Source of the DNA: an uncultured Gemmatimonadales bacterium
GTDB taxonomy: Bacteria > Gemmatimonadota > Gemmatimonadetes > Gemmatimonadales > Gemmatimonadaceae
Direction: 5' to 3'
Length of the DNA stretch: 64,000 bases
Assembly: GCA_963851265.1 (NCBI GenBank)
Contig: CAWKNZ010000007.1
Span: 192,001 to 256,000 of the forward strand
The notes beneath the pieces were generated by a model that made no database searches, was not told where the DNA came from, and saw only the letters and a program-made list of their open reading frames with translations. The translations under genes and the position numbers were made by a program. Below, in pieces: positions 21,449 to 31,468 of the stretch. How positions within the stretch are numbered: position 1 is the first letter of the stretch; each line of letters opens with the position of its first letter.

Positions 21449-22507
21449 ATGATCCCGACACACGGTTACGCGGCATACGACGCGACGTCCCCCCTGGCCC
21501 CGTGGCGCTTCGAGCGCCGCGACCCGGGGCCGCGCGACGTCCGCATCGACATCCTGTTCTGCGGCATCTGCCACTCCGACCTCCACACCGTCCGCGGCGA
21601 GTGGGGCCCGATCAAGTACCCGCAGGTCCCGGGGCACGAGATCGTCGGACGCGTCGCGTCGGTCGGCGGCGACGTGCGCGGCTTCCGCGAGGGCGACCTC
21701 GTGGGCGTGGGGTGCATGGTCGACAGCTGCCAGGCGTGCGACAGCTGCCGCGACGGGCTGGAACAGTACTGCGAGGTGGGCTTCACCGGGACGTACGGGG
21801 GCACCGAGAAGGAGACCGGCCGCCCGACGCAAGGCGGCTACTCGAACACGATCGTCGTCGACGAGAAGTTCGTGCTCCGCGTGCCCGACGGTCTCGACCC
21901 GGCATCCGCCGCGCCGCTCCTGTGCGCCGGGATCACCACATACTCGCCGCTGCACGAGTGGCGCGTCGGCCCCGGCCAGCGCGTCGGCGTCGTGGGCCTC
22001 GGCGGCCTCGGGCACATGGCCGTGAAGATCGCGCGGGCGATGGGCGCGGAGGTCACGCTGTTCACCACCTCGCCCAACAAGGCGGAGGACGCGCGGCGCC
22101 TCGGCGCGACCGACGTCGTCGTCTCGCGCGACGAGGCGCAGATGAAATCCACGGTGAACTCGCTCGACCTGATCATCGACACGGTTTCGGCGCCGCACGA
22201 CCTCGGCCCCGAACTCAATGCGCTGCGGCGCGACGGTACGCTCGTGCTCCTCGGCGGCTCGCCCGAGCCGCACGTCGTCCCCCAGGTGTGGCCGTTCATC
22301 ACGGGCCGGCGGCGGCTCGCCGGCTCGCTCATCGGCGGCATCCGCGAGACGCAGGACATGCTGGACTTCTGCGCCTCGCACGGGTTCGGCGCCGACATCG
22401 AGGTGATCCCGGTGCAGCGGATCGACGAGGGCTACACCCGGATGCTGAAGGGCGACGTGAAGTACCGGTTCGTGATCGACATGGCGTCGCTCGACGCGAC
22501 GGCGTGA
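21449..22507 (+). CDS. Zn-dependent NAD(P)H alcohol dehydrogenase (CAD/YahK-like)
   Basis: CGICHSDLH, GHEIVG, CQACDSC...C, PLLCAGITTYSPL, GLGGLGHM, KYRFVID. Confidence 0.95.
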   Translation: MIPTHGYAAYDATSPLAPWRFERRDPGPRDVRIDILFCGICHSDLHTVRGEWGPIKYPQVPGHEIVGRVASVGGDVRGFREGDLVGVGCMVDSCQACDSCRDGLEQYCEVGFTGTYGGTEKETGRPTQGGYSNTIVVDEKFVLRVPDGLDPASAAPLLCAGITTYSPLHEWRVGPGQRVGVVGLGGLGHMAVKIARAMGAEVTLFTTSPNKAEDARRLGATDVVVSRDEAQMKSTVNSLDLIIDTVSAPHDLGPELNALRRDGTLVLLGGSPEPHVVPQVWPFITGRRRLAGSLIGGIRETQDMLDFCASHGFGADIEVIPVQRIDEGYTRMLKGDVKYRFVIDMASLDATA

Positions 22508-22546
22508 CCTGACGGGCGCCGGCGCGCCGCCCGGGGCCTTCGGCCC

Positions 22547-23863
22547 TCAGGCGTCCGCCGGCGCGTGCGCGGAAGGGCGGTCGCGCAGCCCCCACCACAC
22601 CGGCACCCCCGCGAGCACCGTCGCGAGTCCGAGCAGCGACTCGCGCGGCCGCTCCGCGAGCACGAACCCCAACGTCCAGAGCGACACCGCCACGTAGACG
22701 AGCGGTGTCACAGGGTAGCCCCACGCCCGGTACGGCCGCGGAAGCGCCGGCTCGCGAACGCGGAGCACCAACAGCCCCACCACGGCGAGCAGCGAGGTGA
22801 GCGTGAGCGTGAACCCGGTGTAGGCCATCACGCGCTCGAACGAGTTGGTGAGCAGGAGCAGCGCGACGAGCGCGGCCTGCGCGAACACGGCGTTCCGGGG
22901 CGTACCCCCGGCGGTCCGGGCGGAGAGCACGCCGGCACGCTGCATCCCGCCCGCGACCGCCTGCGTCACGCGCGAGCCGGCGAGCACCATCGCGCTCACC
23001 GTCGCCACGAGCAGGAGGGCGATCGTCGCGCTCACCACCGTCGCGCCGGCGGGGCCGAACGCGTGGCGCGCGGCGAGCGCGCCGACCTCGACGACCCCCT
23101 CGAGGTCGGCGAGCGGGGCGAGCCGCAGGAACGTGTAGTTGAGCAGCAGGTAGCACCACGCGACCAGTCCGGTGCCTAACGCCGCGGCGAGTGGCACGGC
23201 GCGCCGCGGGTCGCGCACCTCGCCCGCGACGTAGCCGGCGGCGTTCCACCCCGTGTAAGCGTACCCCACGTAGACGAGCGACACGGCGAACGCGGGGCTC
23301 GCCACCTCGCGCCACGCGTCGGGCGTGGGCGCGAGCGGGACTGGCTGGCCTCCGCGCGCGAGCCCGGCCGCGACGAACCCGACGATCAGCAGCAGGTTGG
23401 CCACGGTGAGCGCCACCTGCACGCGGCGCCCGGCCGTGAGGTTGGTGGCATGGAGCAGCGCGGCCGCACCAACGAGGACGAGCGAGGCGGGCAGCGGCGC
23501 CACCGGGACGACCGCGCCGACGTAGCGACCGAACGCGATGCCTGCCAGGGCGATAGGCGCGGCGAAACCCGCGGTCATCGACACCCATCCGCCGAGGAAA
23601 CCGACGAGCGGATGGTACGCGCGCCCGAGGTAGACGTACTCGCCGCCCGAGCGCGGCAGAGCGGCGCCGAGCTCGGCGTACGACAAGGCGCCGCAGGCGG
23701 CGGCGACGCCGCCCACCACCCAGAGCAGCAGGAGGGCGAACGTCGTGTGCAGGCCGCGCGCCTGGAAGCCGAGCGACGTGAACACGCCGGTGCCGACCAT
23801 GTTGCTCACGAGCAGCGCCGTGAGCGTGACGCGACCGATGCCGTCGCCGACCGCGCCGGTCAC
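22547..23863 (-). CDS. APC-family amino acid permease
   Basis: NMVGTGVF, YAELGAALPRSGGEYVYL, YTGWN, RPYRAWGYP; about 12 TM segments. Confidence 0.92.
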   Translation of the reverse strand: MTGAVGDGIGRVTLTALLVSNMVGTGVFTSLGFQARGLHTTFALLLLWVVGGVAAACGALSYAELGAALPRSGGEYVYLGRAYHPLVGFLGGWVSMTAGFAAPIALAGIAFGRYVGAVVPVAPLPASLVLVGAAALLHATNLTAGRRVQVALTVANLLLIVGFVAAGLARGGQPVPLAPTPDAWREVASPAFAVSLVYVGYAYTGWNAAGYVAGEVRDPRRAVPLAAALGTGLVAWCYLLLNYTFLRLAPLADLEGVVEVGALAARHAFGPAGATVVSATIALLLVATVSAMVLAGSRVTQAVAGGMQRAGVLSARTAGGTPRNAVFAQAALVALLLLTNSFERVMAYTGFTLTLTSLLAVVGLLVLRVREPALPRPYRAWGYPVTPLVYVAVSLWTLGFVLAERPRESLLGLATVLAGVPVWWGLRDRPSAHAPADA

Positions 23864-23887
23864 GCGGGGGAGGGGTTCACGCCGGGG

Positions 23888-25612
23888 TCACGCCGGGGTC
23901 GTGCTCGCGGGCGGGTCGTCGCGCAGCACGCGGCGGAGCACCTTCCCCACGGTGGAACGCGGCAGCGTGTCGCGCAGCTCGATGGTGCGTGGCACCTTGA
24001 ACGACGCGAGCCCGGTGCGGCAGTGCGCGACGAGCTCTTCGGCGGTCGCGGCCGCGCCGGGGCGGAGCACGACCGCGGCACGCACCACCTCGCCCATGTA
24101 CGCGTCGGGTGCGGCGAACGCCGCCGCCTCCTGCACCGCCGGGTGTTCGTGCAGCAACTCCTCGATTTCGCGCGGATAGACGTTGTAGCCGCCGACGAGG
24201 ATCAGGTCCTTCTTGCGATCGACGATGCGCACGTAACCGTCGCCGTCCATTACGCCGACGTCGCCGGTGTGGAGCCACGGCGAACCGCCGTCGCCGTGGT
24301 CGCGCAACGCCGCCGCGGTCTCGTCGGGCCGGTCGTAGTACCCGAGCATGACGTTGGGCCCGCGCACGCAGACCTCGCCCGGCTCGCCCGCGCCCACCGG
24401 GCGGCCATCGTCGTCGACGAGCACGCAATCGACGTCGCTGATCGGCACGCCGACCGTGCCCTCGTGCGGCGCGCGGCCGGGCACCTGGGCGTGCGTCGTC
24501 GGCGCCGCCTCACTCAGCCCGTAGCCCTCCAGGATCGACACGCCCGTGCGCGCGGTGAACTCCCGCGCGACCTCGACGGGGAGCGGCGCGGAACCGGAGT
24601 TGACGAGCTTCAGGCGCGCGAACGCGGACGCCCGCGACGGGTCGGCCGCGAGCGCGGCGTTGAACGCGACGAACATCGCCGGCACGCCCGGAAACACCGT
24701 GGCCCGCGTGCGTTCGAGCAGGTCGAGCGCATCCGTCACGTCGAAGCGCGGCAGCAACGCGAGGGTCGCCCCGCCCGCGACCACGCTGAGGTTGAGCGCG
24801 CAGGTCAGTCCGTAGATGTGAAAGAAGGGGATGATCGCGACGCACGTCTCCGCGCCGTCCGTCAGCTGCGGGCACCAGGCGTGCGACTGGAGCGCGTTGG
24901 CCACCACGTTACGGTGCGAGAGCATGGCGCCCTTGCTCGCGCCGGTCGTGCCGCCCGTGTACTGCAGCACGGCGACGTCGCGGTCGACGTCCACCGCGAC
25001 GGGCGCGGCGGGGCCGCGCGCCTCGGCCAGCAGCGCCTCGAGCCGGTACACGCCCTCCCGCTCGGGAACCTCGATATAGGTGCCCTCCGCGCGCGCTCTG
25101 GCGACGTAGCCGGCCGCGACGGGCGCGGGCATCGCCTCTTCCAGCCCCGTCACGACCACGCGGCGTACCGGCGTTCCCCCGGCAATCGCGTCGAACACGC
25201 GCAGCATCGGCGCGAGCACGACGAACGTCTCCGCGCCCGAGTCGCGCAACACGTGGCCGAGTTCGCGCGGCGTGTAGAGCGGGTTGAGGCCGAGCACCGT
25301 CGCGCCCGCGCGCAGCGCGCCGTAGAACGCGACCGCGAACTGCGGGCAGTTGGGCAGCATGAGTGCCACGCGGTCGCCCTTGCGGATGCCTAACGACTGG
25401 AGCGCCGCGGCGAACCGCTCCACGCGGTCGTGCAGCTCGCGGAAGGACGTGGTCGCCCCGTAGAACAGGAAGAGCGCGCGGTCACCGAACCGTTCGGCCG
25501 CGGAGCGCACGTACGCGTGGAGCGGCAGGTCCGGGTAGGGCGCGAGACTGCGCGGCACGATGGCCGGGTACTGCGCGAGCCAGGGGCGGGTGCTCGGGAC
25601 GGTCGCAGTCAT
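23888..25612 (-). CDS. long-chain fatty acid--CoA ligase (FadD-like)
   Basis: QYTGGTTGASKG, EGYGLSEA, WLHTGD, RIVDRKKD, GYNVYPREIE, VGKVLRR. Confidence 0.93.
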   Translation of the reverse strand: MTATVPSTRPWLAQYPAIVPRSLAPYPDLPLHAYVRSAAERFGDRALFLFYGATTSFRELHDRVERFAAALQSLGIRKGDRVALMLPNCPQFAVAFYGALRAGATVLGLNPLYTPRELGHVLRDSGAETFVVLAPMLRVFDAIAGGTPVRRVVVTGLEEAMPAPVAAGYVARARAEGTYIEVPEREGVYRLEALLAEARGPAAPVAVDVDRDVAVLQYTGGTTGASKGAMLSHRNVVANALQSHAWCPQLTDGAETCVAIIPFFHIYGLTCALNLSVVAGGATLALLPRFDVTDALDLLERTRATVFPGVPAMFVAFNAALAADPSRASAFARLKLVNSGSAPLPVEVAREFTARTGVSILEGYGLSEAAPTTHAQVPGRAPHEGTVGVPISDVDCVLVDDDGRPVGAGEPGEVCVRGPNVMLGYYDRPDETAAALRDHGDGGSPWLHTGDVGVMDGDGYVRIVDRKKDLILVGGYNVYPREIEELLHEHPAVQEAAAFAAPDAYMGEVVRAAVVLRPGAAATAEELVAHCRTGLASFKVPRTIELRDTLPRSTVGKVLRRVLRDDPPASTTPA

Positions 25613-25727
25613 GGGGGCGAGCGGGTGCCGGTGGGCGAAGGGCGGCGTGGTGTGCCGCGCGCGAAAGGTGGCCGCCGGCGCGCGCGGGCGGTACGTGGTG
25701 ACCGGGGGATGCGCTAGACTGCCCACC

Positions 25728-26567
25728 ATGGGTTCTCGCATCGCGCTCGTCTGCATCGACGTCGACGGCACGCTCGTCGGCAGCTCCGGCGTCGTGCCGG
25801 CGTCGGTCTGGCCCGCCGCCGCGCGCCTGCGCGCGCGCGGCGTGCGCCTCGCCATCTGCTCGGGGCGGGCGGCGCTCGGCAAGGCACGCGCCTTCGCCGA
25901 GCGGCTCGACGCCGACGGCTGGCACATCTTCCAGAATGGCGCGAGCGTCGTCCAGCTGCCCACCGGAACGTCGCGTTCGGTGCCGCTCCCCGCGGGTGCG
26001 GTCGACTTCCTCGTGCGGCGCACACGCGAGGCACGCGCGGCCGGGTCGGGGCGCATCCTCGAGCTCTACCGGGACGCATCGTACGTCGTCGACGACGCGC
26101 CGGGCGTGCCGGGCGACCGTGGCAGCCGACACGCCGACCTACTCGGCATTCCCTACGCGCCGCACCCGCTCGACCGGTTGGCGGCCGCGCTCGGCGGGCC
26201 GGCGGTGCGCGCGCAGTGGGTGGTCCCGATCGAGGAGACCGACGCGGTCGTGGCCGAGCAGCTGCCGGGGCTCGTCATCGGGCCCGCCGCGTCGCCCGCG
26301 ATGGGCGATTCGATGTTCCTCAACATCACGGCCGCCGGCATCGACAAGGCCAGCGCCGTGCGCACCGTGGCCGACGCCTACGGCGTCCCGATGGCCAGTG
26401 TGATGATGGTCGGCGACGGCGCGAACGACGTGGCCGCCCTGCGCGCGGTCGGCCTCGGCGTCGCCATGGGCAACGCCGAACCCGAGGCGATCGCCGCCGC
26501 GACGCGCACCGTGGCCGACGTCGACGACGGCGGGCTCCTCGAGGCGCTCGCCCTGGCGGGCGACTGA
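25728..26567 (+). CDS. Cof-type HAD-IIB hydrolase
   Basis: DVDGTL, SGR, IFQNGA, GIDKASA, VGDGANDV, AMGNA. Confidence 0.92.
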   Translation: MGSRIALVCIDVDGTLVGSSGVVPASVWPAAARLRARGVRLAICSGRAALGKARAFAERLDADGWHIFQNGASVVQLPTGTSRSVPLPAGAVDFLVRRTREARAAGSGRILELYRDASYVVDDAPGVPGDRGSRHADLLGIPYAPHPLDRLAAALGGPAVRAQWVVPIEETDAVVAEQLPGLVIGPAASPAMGDSMFLNITAAGIDKASAVRTVADAYGVPMASVMMVGDGANDVAALRAVGLGVAMGNAEPEAIAAATRTVADVDDGGLLEALALAGD

Positions 26568-26577
26568 GGGCCGCGCC

Positions 26578-27192
26578 GTGGCGTTAGGCGACATCATCCG
26601 CGCGGCCGCGGACCGGCTCGGCGTCCCGCTCCCGCCGCCCCGCGCCGTGTACTCGGTACAGGGCATGCGCGTCGCGGTCGAGAACACGCGGGCCGACGTG
26701 TCGACCCCGGCGGTGCTCGAGCGCCTCGACGAGGCCCTCCGGCTCATCGCCCACTACCAGCCGTGGCGCCTCGCGCACCTTCGCCGCGACGCGCGCGAGA
26801 TCCGCGTCGTGCGGTTCGCCTGCCGCGGCGCGTTCCTCCCCGCCGAACGCGCGGTGATCACCGAGCTCACGTTCCTCGCGCGGCGCGACATCACCGCCGC
26901 GCCCGTCGCGTCGTCGATCGTACACGAGGGGGTGCACGCGCGCCTGCACGCCGCGTCGGAGCGCTTCGGCTGGCGACGCGACGAGGAGCGGTGGGCGGCC
27001 GACCTGCCGCGCGAGGAGCGACTGTGCCGGCGTGCGGAGGTCGAGTTTGGGCGCGCGCTCCCGCCGGCGCTCGGCGCGCCGGTGATCGCGCGGGCGGCGG
27101 GGATGCTCGACCTCGCCGACGAGGACGTGGCGCCCGCCGTCGACTGGCAGCTGGCCGAGGAGCGGATTCGGGGCGCGGACCGCGGTGCCTGA
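26578..27192 (+). CDS. hypothetical protein with HExxH zincin-like motif
   Basis: SSIVHEGVHARLH plus downstream EE; operonic between the HAD and M1 peptidase genes. Confidence 0.7.
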   Translation: MALGDIIRAAADRLGVPLPPPRAVYSVQGMRVAVENTRADVSTPAVLERLDEALRLIAHYQPWRLAHLRRDAREIRVVRFACRGAFLPAERAVITELTFLARRDITAAPVASSIVHEGVHARLHAASERFGWRRDEERWAADLPREERLCRRAEVEFGRALPPALGAPVIARAAGMLDLADEDVAPAVDWQLAEERIRGADRGA

Positions 27193-29113
27193 CCCGGAGC
27201 GCGCCGCGCGCCCGGGCGGACGGATGCTGCTCCGCGCGTTCACCGCGACTGTGGGCCTCGCGGTAGCCGTGCCCGCGGCGACCGCGCAGCAGTCCGCCGT
27301 CCAGCAGTCGGACGCCCGCCAGGCCGCGCAGGCGAGCGGCACGCAACACGCGGCCCCACCGGCCGACAGCGCGCCCCGATTCACGCACGCCGACACCCTC
27401 CGCGGCACCGTCGGCCCCGCGCGTGCGTGGTGGGACGTGCGGCGCTACGACCTGCGCGTGCGCCTCTCGCCCTCCGACAGCAGCCTGTCCGGCTCGAGCG
27501 TGGTCACCTACCGCGTCACCGCCACCCCCCGCACCGAGACCGGCCGGCGCACCTCGCGCGGCGAACTGCAACTCGACCTGCAGGCCCCGCTCGTGCTCGA
27601 CAGCGTCGTCGCGGGCGACGGGTCGGGCCGCGGTGCGCGGCGCGCGTTGGGCGTCCGCCGGGACGGGAACGCGTACTTCGTCACGCCCGACGCGCCCCAA
27701 CCGATCGGCGCGCGCCGCGTCGTCACCGCGTACTACCACGGGCGACCGCGCGTCGCCCGCCACGCGCCCTGGGACGGCGGCGTCGTGTGGACCGCGGACT
27801 CGCTCGGCCACCCCTGGATCGCGACGGCGGTGCAGGGGCTCGGCGCGAGCGCCTGGTGGCCCGGTAAGGACACCCAGGCCGACGAACCCGACGAGGGGCA
27901 GACGATCGCCGTCACCGTGCCCGACTCGATGCAGGACGTGTCCAACGGGCGCCTCCGGTCGGTCGTGCCCAACGGCGACGGCACGACCACCTACACCTGG
28001 GTGGTCGCGAACCCGATCAACAATTACGACGTCACGGCCAACGCCGGCCGGTACGCGCACATCGCGGAGACGTACGACGGCGAGGCGGGGCGCCTCACGC
28101 TCGACTTCTGGCCGCTCGCCTACCACGCCGACACCGCGCGCGCGCAGTTCCAGCAGGTGCGGCCCATGCTCGCCTGCTTCGAGCACTGGTTCGGCCCCTA
28201 CCCGTGGTACGCCGACGGCTACAAGCTCGTCGAGACGCCACACCTCGGGATGGAGCACCAGAGCGCGGTCGCCTACGGCAACCATTATCAGAACGGCTAT
28301 CTCGGCCGCGACCTGTCGAAGACCGGGCTCGGGCTCGGCTGGGACTTCATCGTCGTGCACGAGAGCGGGCACGAGTGGTGGGGCAACAGTCTGACGTCGC
28401 GCGACATCGCCGACATGTGGGTGCACGAGTCGTTCACGAGCTACGCGGAGGCGCTGTACGTCGAGTGCCGCGACGGGCCCGCGGCCGGCGCGCGTTACGT
28501 GATCGGCACGCGCAACCGCATCCAGAACGACCGCCCGATCGTCGGGCCCTACGGCGTGAACGCCGAAGGCTCGGGCGACATGTACTTCAAGGGCGCCAAC
28601 ATGCTGCACACGATCCGGCAACTCGTCGGCGACGACGCGCGGTGGCGCGCGACGCTGCGCGGGTTGCAGGCGCGCTACCGGCACCAGGTCGTGACCGGCG
28701 CCGAGGTCGAGCGCTACATGAGCGCGCACCTCGGGCTCGACCTCGCGCCGGTGTTCGCGCAATACCTGACCACCACGCGCGTGCCCGTGCTCGAGTACCG
28801 GCGCGAGGGCGACGACTCGCTCGCCGTGCGTTGGGCCGAGGTCGTGCCGGGCTTCGCCATGCCAGTGCGCGTACTTTTCCCGAGCGGCACCGCGACCGTA
28901 CTGCACCCGCGCACGGCGTGGGGTCGCGTCGCCCTCCCCGCGTCGGCGCGCGCCGCGCCCGCCGACACCGCCGCGTGGACGCTCCACGTCGACGACAACT
29001 ACTACGCCGTCGCGCGGAACGTCGCGGCCGCGTCGGTCAGCGCGCGCCCGCGTCCCGCCGGTACACGAGGCGGTACACGACCGGCATCGGCAGTCGCGCG
29101 TGCGCTACCGTGA
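27185..29113 (+). CDS. secreted M1-family metallo-aminopeptidase
   Basis: Signal peptide; GMEHQS (GAMEN variant), HESGHEWWGN..18..E, YFKGA. Confidence 0.92.
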   Translation: MPDPERAARPGGRMLLRAFTATVGLAVAVPAATAQQSAVQQSDARQAAQASGTQHAAPPADSAPRFTHADTLRGTVGPARAWWDVRRYDLRVRLSPSDSSLSGSSVVTYRVTATPRTETGRRTSRGELQLDLQAPLVLDSVVAGDGSGRGARRALGVRRDGNAYFVTPDAPQPIGARRVVTAYYHGRPRVARHAPWDGGVVWTADSLGHPWIATAVQGLGASAWWPGKDTQADEPDEGQTIAVTVPDSMQDVSNGRLRSVVPNGDGTTTYTWVVANPINNYDVTANAGRYAHIAETYDGEAGRLTLDFWPLAYHADTARAQFQQVRPMLACFEHWFGPYPWYADGYKLVETPHLGMEHQSAVAYGNHYQNGYLGRDLSKTGLGLGWDFIVVHESGHEWWGNSLTSRDIADMWVHESFTSYAEALYVECRDGPAAGARYVIGTRNRIQNDRPIVGPYGVNAEGSGDMYFKGANMLHTIRQLVGDDARWRATLRGLQARYRHQVVTGAEVERYMSAHLGLDLAPVFAQYLTTTRVPVLEYRREGDDSLAVRWAEVVPGFAMPVRVLFPSGTATVLHPRTAWGRVALPASARAAPADTAAWTLHVDDNYYAVARNVAAASVSARPRPAGTRGGTRPASAVARALP

Positions 29114-29555
29114 CGGCGACGTTCAGCGTGCGCCCGTCGGGCCCGGCGGTGAAGACGTTCTCCCGGCTACTCGCGTCGCGGCCGACGAACGTCTGCACGA
29201 GGCGCTGTCCCGTGAGCACCGCGTGTAGCTGAAACACGTCGCCGTTGTCGCGGACCCACGTCACGGGCGCGCCGCTCGCCGGACTTGAGATCGGCGGCAT
29301 GCGGTCGACCTGGGTCGCGATCTCGGTCGGTGTGATCGTCACGACCAGGTGCTCGTGCACCTCGTTCGCGCTGCGCAGACGCGAGCGTGCGATGGGGCGG
29401 ATGAAAAAGTTCATGCGCCCCGTCGCGGTGTCGATCGCGCGACGAACGTCGCCGCTGGCCGCGCGGTCGAGCGTCCAGTGCCCCGTGAGCGAGTCGCCGG
29501 CCGCCTGCCCGACGACCGCGTGAGGCGCGGGAGCCGCCGGGGCGGCCGACGGCAT
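29037..29555 (-). CDS. hypothetical protein
   Basis: LTGHWTLDRAAS...MNFFIRPIARSRL...YRLVYRR; follows the DUF2171 gene; 3' end overlaps the M1 gene. Confidence 0.65.
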   Translation of the reverse strand: MPSAAPAAPAPHAVVGQAAGDSLTGHWTLDRAASGDVRRAIDTATGRMNFFIRPIARSRLRSANEVHEHLVVTITPTEIATQVDRMPPISSPASGAPVTWVRDNGDVFQLHAVLTGQRLVQTFVGRDASSRENVFTAGPDGRTLNVAVTVAHARLPMPVVYRLVYRRDAGAR

Positions 29556-29562
29556 CACGGGG

Positions 29563-29793
29563 TCAGGCGGCCTGCCACGCGCCGCGCACCTGCTCGGCCG
29601 GCTGCGACAGGCGCACCTGTGTGTCGACGCTCTGGACGAGGCTGGTCGGAACGATGTGGTGCTCGCCACCCGCCGCCGGGTCCTTGCGGGTGAGCTTGAT
29701 CTGGTCGCCGTTCACGTGGTCGACGGTACCGACGTGCTGGCCGTCGCTGCCGACGACCTCCATGTGCTCGCGAATTGCCGACGTGTCTGCCAC
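29563..29793 (-). CDS. DUF2171 family protein
   Basis: IREHMEVVGSDGQHVGTVDHV.GDQIKLTRKD...HHIVP. Confidence 0.9.
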   Translation of the reverse strand: MADTSAIREHMEVVGSDGQHVGTVDHVNGDQIKLTRKDPAAGGEHHIVPTSLVQSVDTQVRLSQPAEQVRGAWQAA

Positions 29794-29865
29794 GGGTCGC
29801 TCCGGTTCGGGGGTGAGCCCGAACGCCAGGCAGGGGCCGTACCAGCGCCCGCCCGCGCCGCGTGG

Positions 29866-31299
29866 TCAGAGCAGCGTCCCGCGCAGGATCACGACGGCCA
29901 CCGAGAAATAGATGATCAGCCCCGTCACGTCGACGAGCGTCGCCACGAACGGCGCGGACGCGCTCGCCGGGTCGAAGCCGAGCCGCTTGAGCAGGAACGG
30001 CAGCATGCTCCCGGCGAGCGAGCCGAACGCGACGATGCCGACGAGCGCGGTGCCGACCGTGAGCGCGACGAGCCAGTGGTGCACGCCGTAGTTGAACAGC
30101 CCGAGGTGCTGCCACAGCTCGATCCGCACGAACCCGATCACGCCGAGGATGCCGCCTAACACGAGCCCTGTGGGGAGTTCGCGCACCGCCGTGCGCCACC
30201 AGTCCTTGAGCTGCAGCTCGCGCAGCGCGAGCGCGCGGATGATGAGCGACGTGGCCTGCGATCCCGAGTTTCCGCCGCTCGACATGACGAGCGGGATGAA
30301 CATCGAGAGCACGACGGCCTTCTCGATCGTCCCCTCGAAGCGCTGCATCGCCGTGGCGGTGAGCATTTCGGACAGGAAGAGCGCGCACAGCCACCCGCCG
30401 CGCTTTCGGATCATGGCCCAGAACCCGATGCGCGTGTACGGCACGTCGAGCGCCTCCACGCCGCCGAGCTGCTGGATGCTCCGCGTCTGCTCGCGCACGA
30501 TCGCGTCGATCACGTCGTCCACCGTCACGATCCCGAGCACGCGCCCGCCCTCGTCCACCACCGGGACCGCGAGCAGGTTGTACTTGCCGACGATCCGCGC
30601 GACGGCCGCGCGCGGCGCGTCGGCGCGCACGGTCACGGGCGCGCGGCGGACGCCGACGTCCAGCAGCGGCTGCTCGCGCGGGGCGACGAGCAGGTCGCGC
30701 AACGAGACCGCACGCACGAGCCGGCCGAGCGCCGGGTCCGTGCCGGCTTCGGTGCCGCGCGCGCCCGACTCGGTCACGTACGCCACGTAGACGGTTTCCT
30801 TGCCCTTGGCCACGCGCGCGATCTCGTCGAGCGCGGCACCCGCCGTGAGCGTGCTCGGGAGCGCGACGAACTCGGTGGTCATGATCCCGCCGGCCGTGTC
30901 GGGCGGGTAGCGCAGGAGCAACTCGAGCGTCCGGCGCGTCTCGGGTTCGACGCGGCCCAGCAGCCGACGCCGGTCGGCGTCGGAGAGTTCGCGGAAGACG
31001 TCGGCCTGCTGGTCCGCGCTCATCGCGTCGACGAGGGCGCCGGCCGAGGCGTCGTCCATCCGGCAGACGAGGTCCGCGCGCCGATCCGCCAGCTCCGGCT
31101 CGTCGAAGGTCTGCACCGCGAGGTCGAACGGGAGCGCCGCGAGCACCTTCGCGCCCGCGTCGGGCGGCAGCTGCAGCAGCGACTCCGCGATGTCGGCCGG
31201 TCGCATCCCGTTGCAGGCGTCGGCCAACTCCTCCGGATCGCGATGTACGAGGTAGAGCAGTTCGGCAGGTGAGTTGGACGGCGCGGCGGCTGGCATCAA
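29866..31299 (-). CDS. mgtE: magnesium transporter MgtE
   Basis: N-domain, YPPDTAGGIMTTEF, CBS pair, GGNSGSQA, DPASASAPFVATLVDVTG. Confidence 0.96.
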   Translation of the reverse strand: MMPAAAPSNSPAELLYLVHRDPEELADACNGMRPADIAESLLQLPPDAGAKVLAALPFDLAVQTFDEPELADRRADLVCRMDDASAGALVDAMSADQQADVFRELSDADRRRLLGRVEPETRRTLELLLRYPPDTAGGIMTTEFVALPSTLTAGAALDEIARVAKGKETVYVAYVTESGARGTEAGTDPALGRLVRAVSLRDLLVAPREQPLLDVGVRRAPVTVRADAPRAAVARIVGKYNLLAVPVVDEGGRVLGIVTVDDVIDAIVREQTRSIQQLGGVEALDVPYTRIGFWAMIRKRGGWLCALFLSEMLTATAMQRFEGTIEKAVVLSMFIPLVMSSGGNSGSQATSLIIRALALRELQLKDWWRTAVRELPTGLVLGGILGVIGFVRIELWQHLGLFNYGVHHWLVALTVGTALVGIVAFGSLAGSMLPFLLKRLGFDPASASAPFVATLVDVTGLIIYFSVAVVILRGTLL

Positions 31300-31370
31300 A
31301 ACGGCGGGAAGGTCGGATGGCCGCGGCGGGAACTCCGGAGCGGCCCTCGGACGGTCGCGGCCCGCGGCGT

Positions 31371-31468
31371 GTAGTGACGAGGCCGGCTCGGCAAAGATCG
31401 CACAAAGGAGGCGTACCGCCCGCGGCGCCGATCGGCCGCATGGTTGACCGAGCCGGCCTCGAGGCTAC
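31371..31468. promoter_or_regulatory. long interrupted inverted repeat between divergent mgtE and NRAMP genes
   Basis: gtag-tga-cgaggccggctcgg-caa ... ttg-a-ccgagccggcctcg-agg-ctac; perfect 14-bp core at 31378-31391 / 31448-31461. Confidence 0.5.

Noticed and set aside
23877..23900. Tandem repeat tcacgccgggg x2 at the acyl-CoA ligase stop
   Set aside because: An 11-nt local duplication of the gene end with no evident function.
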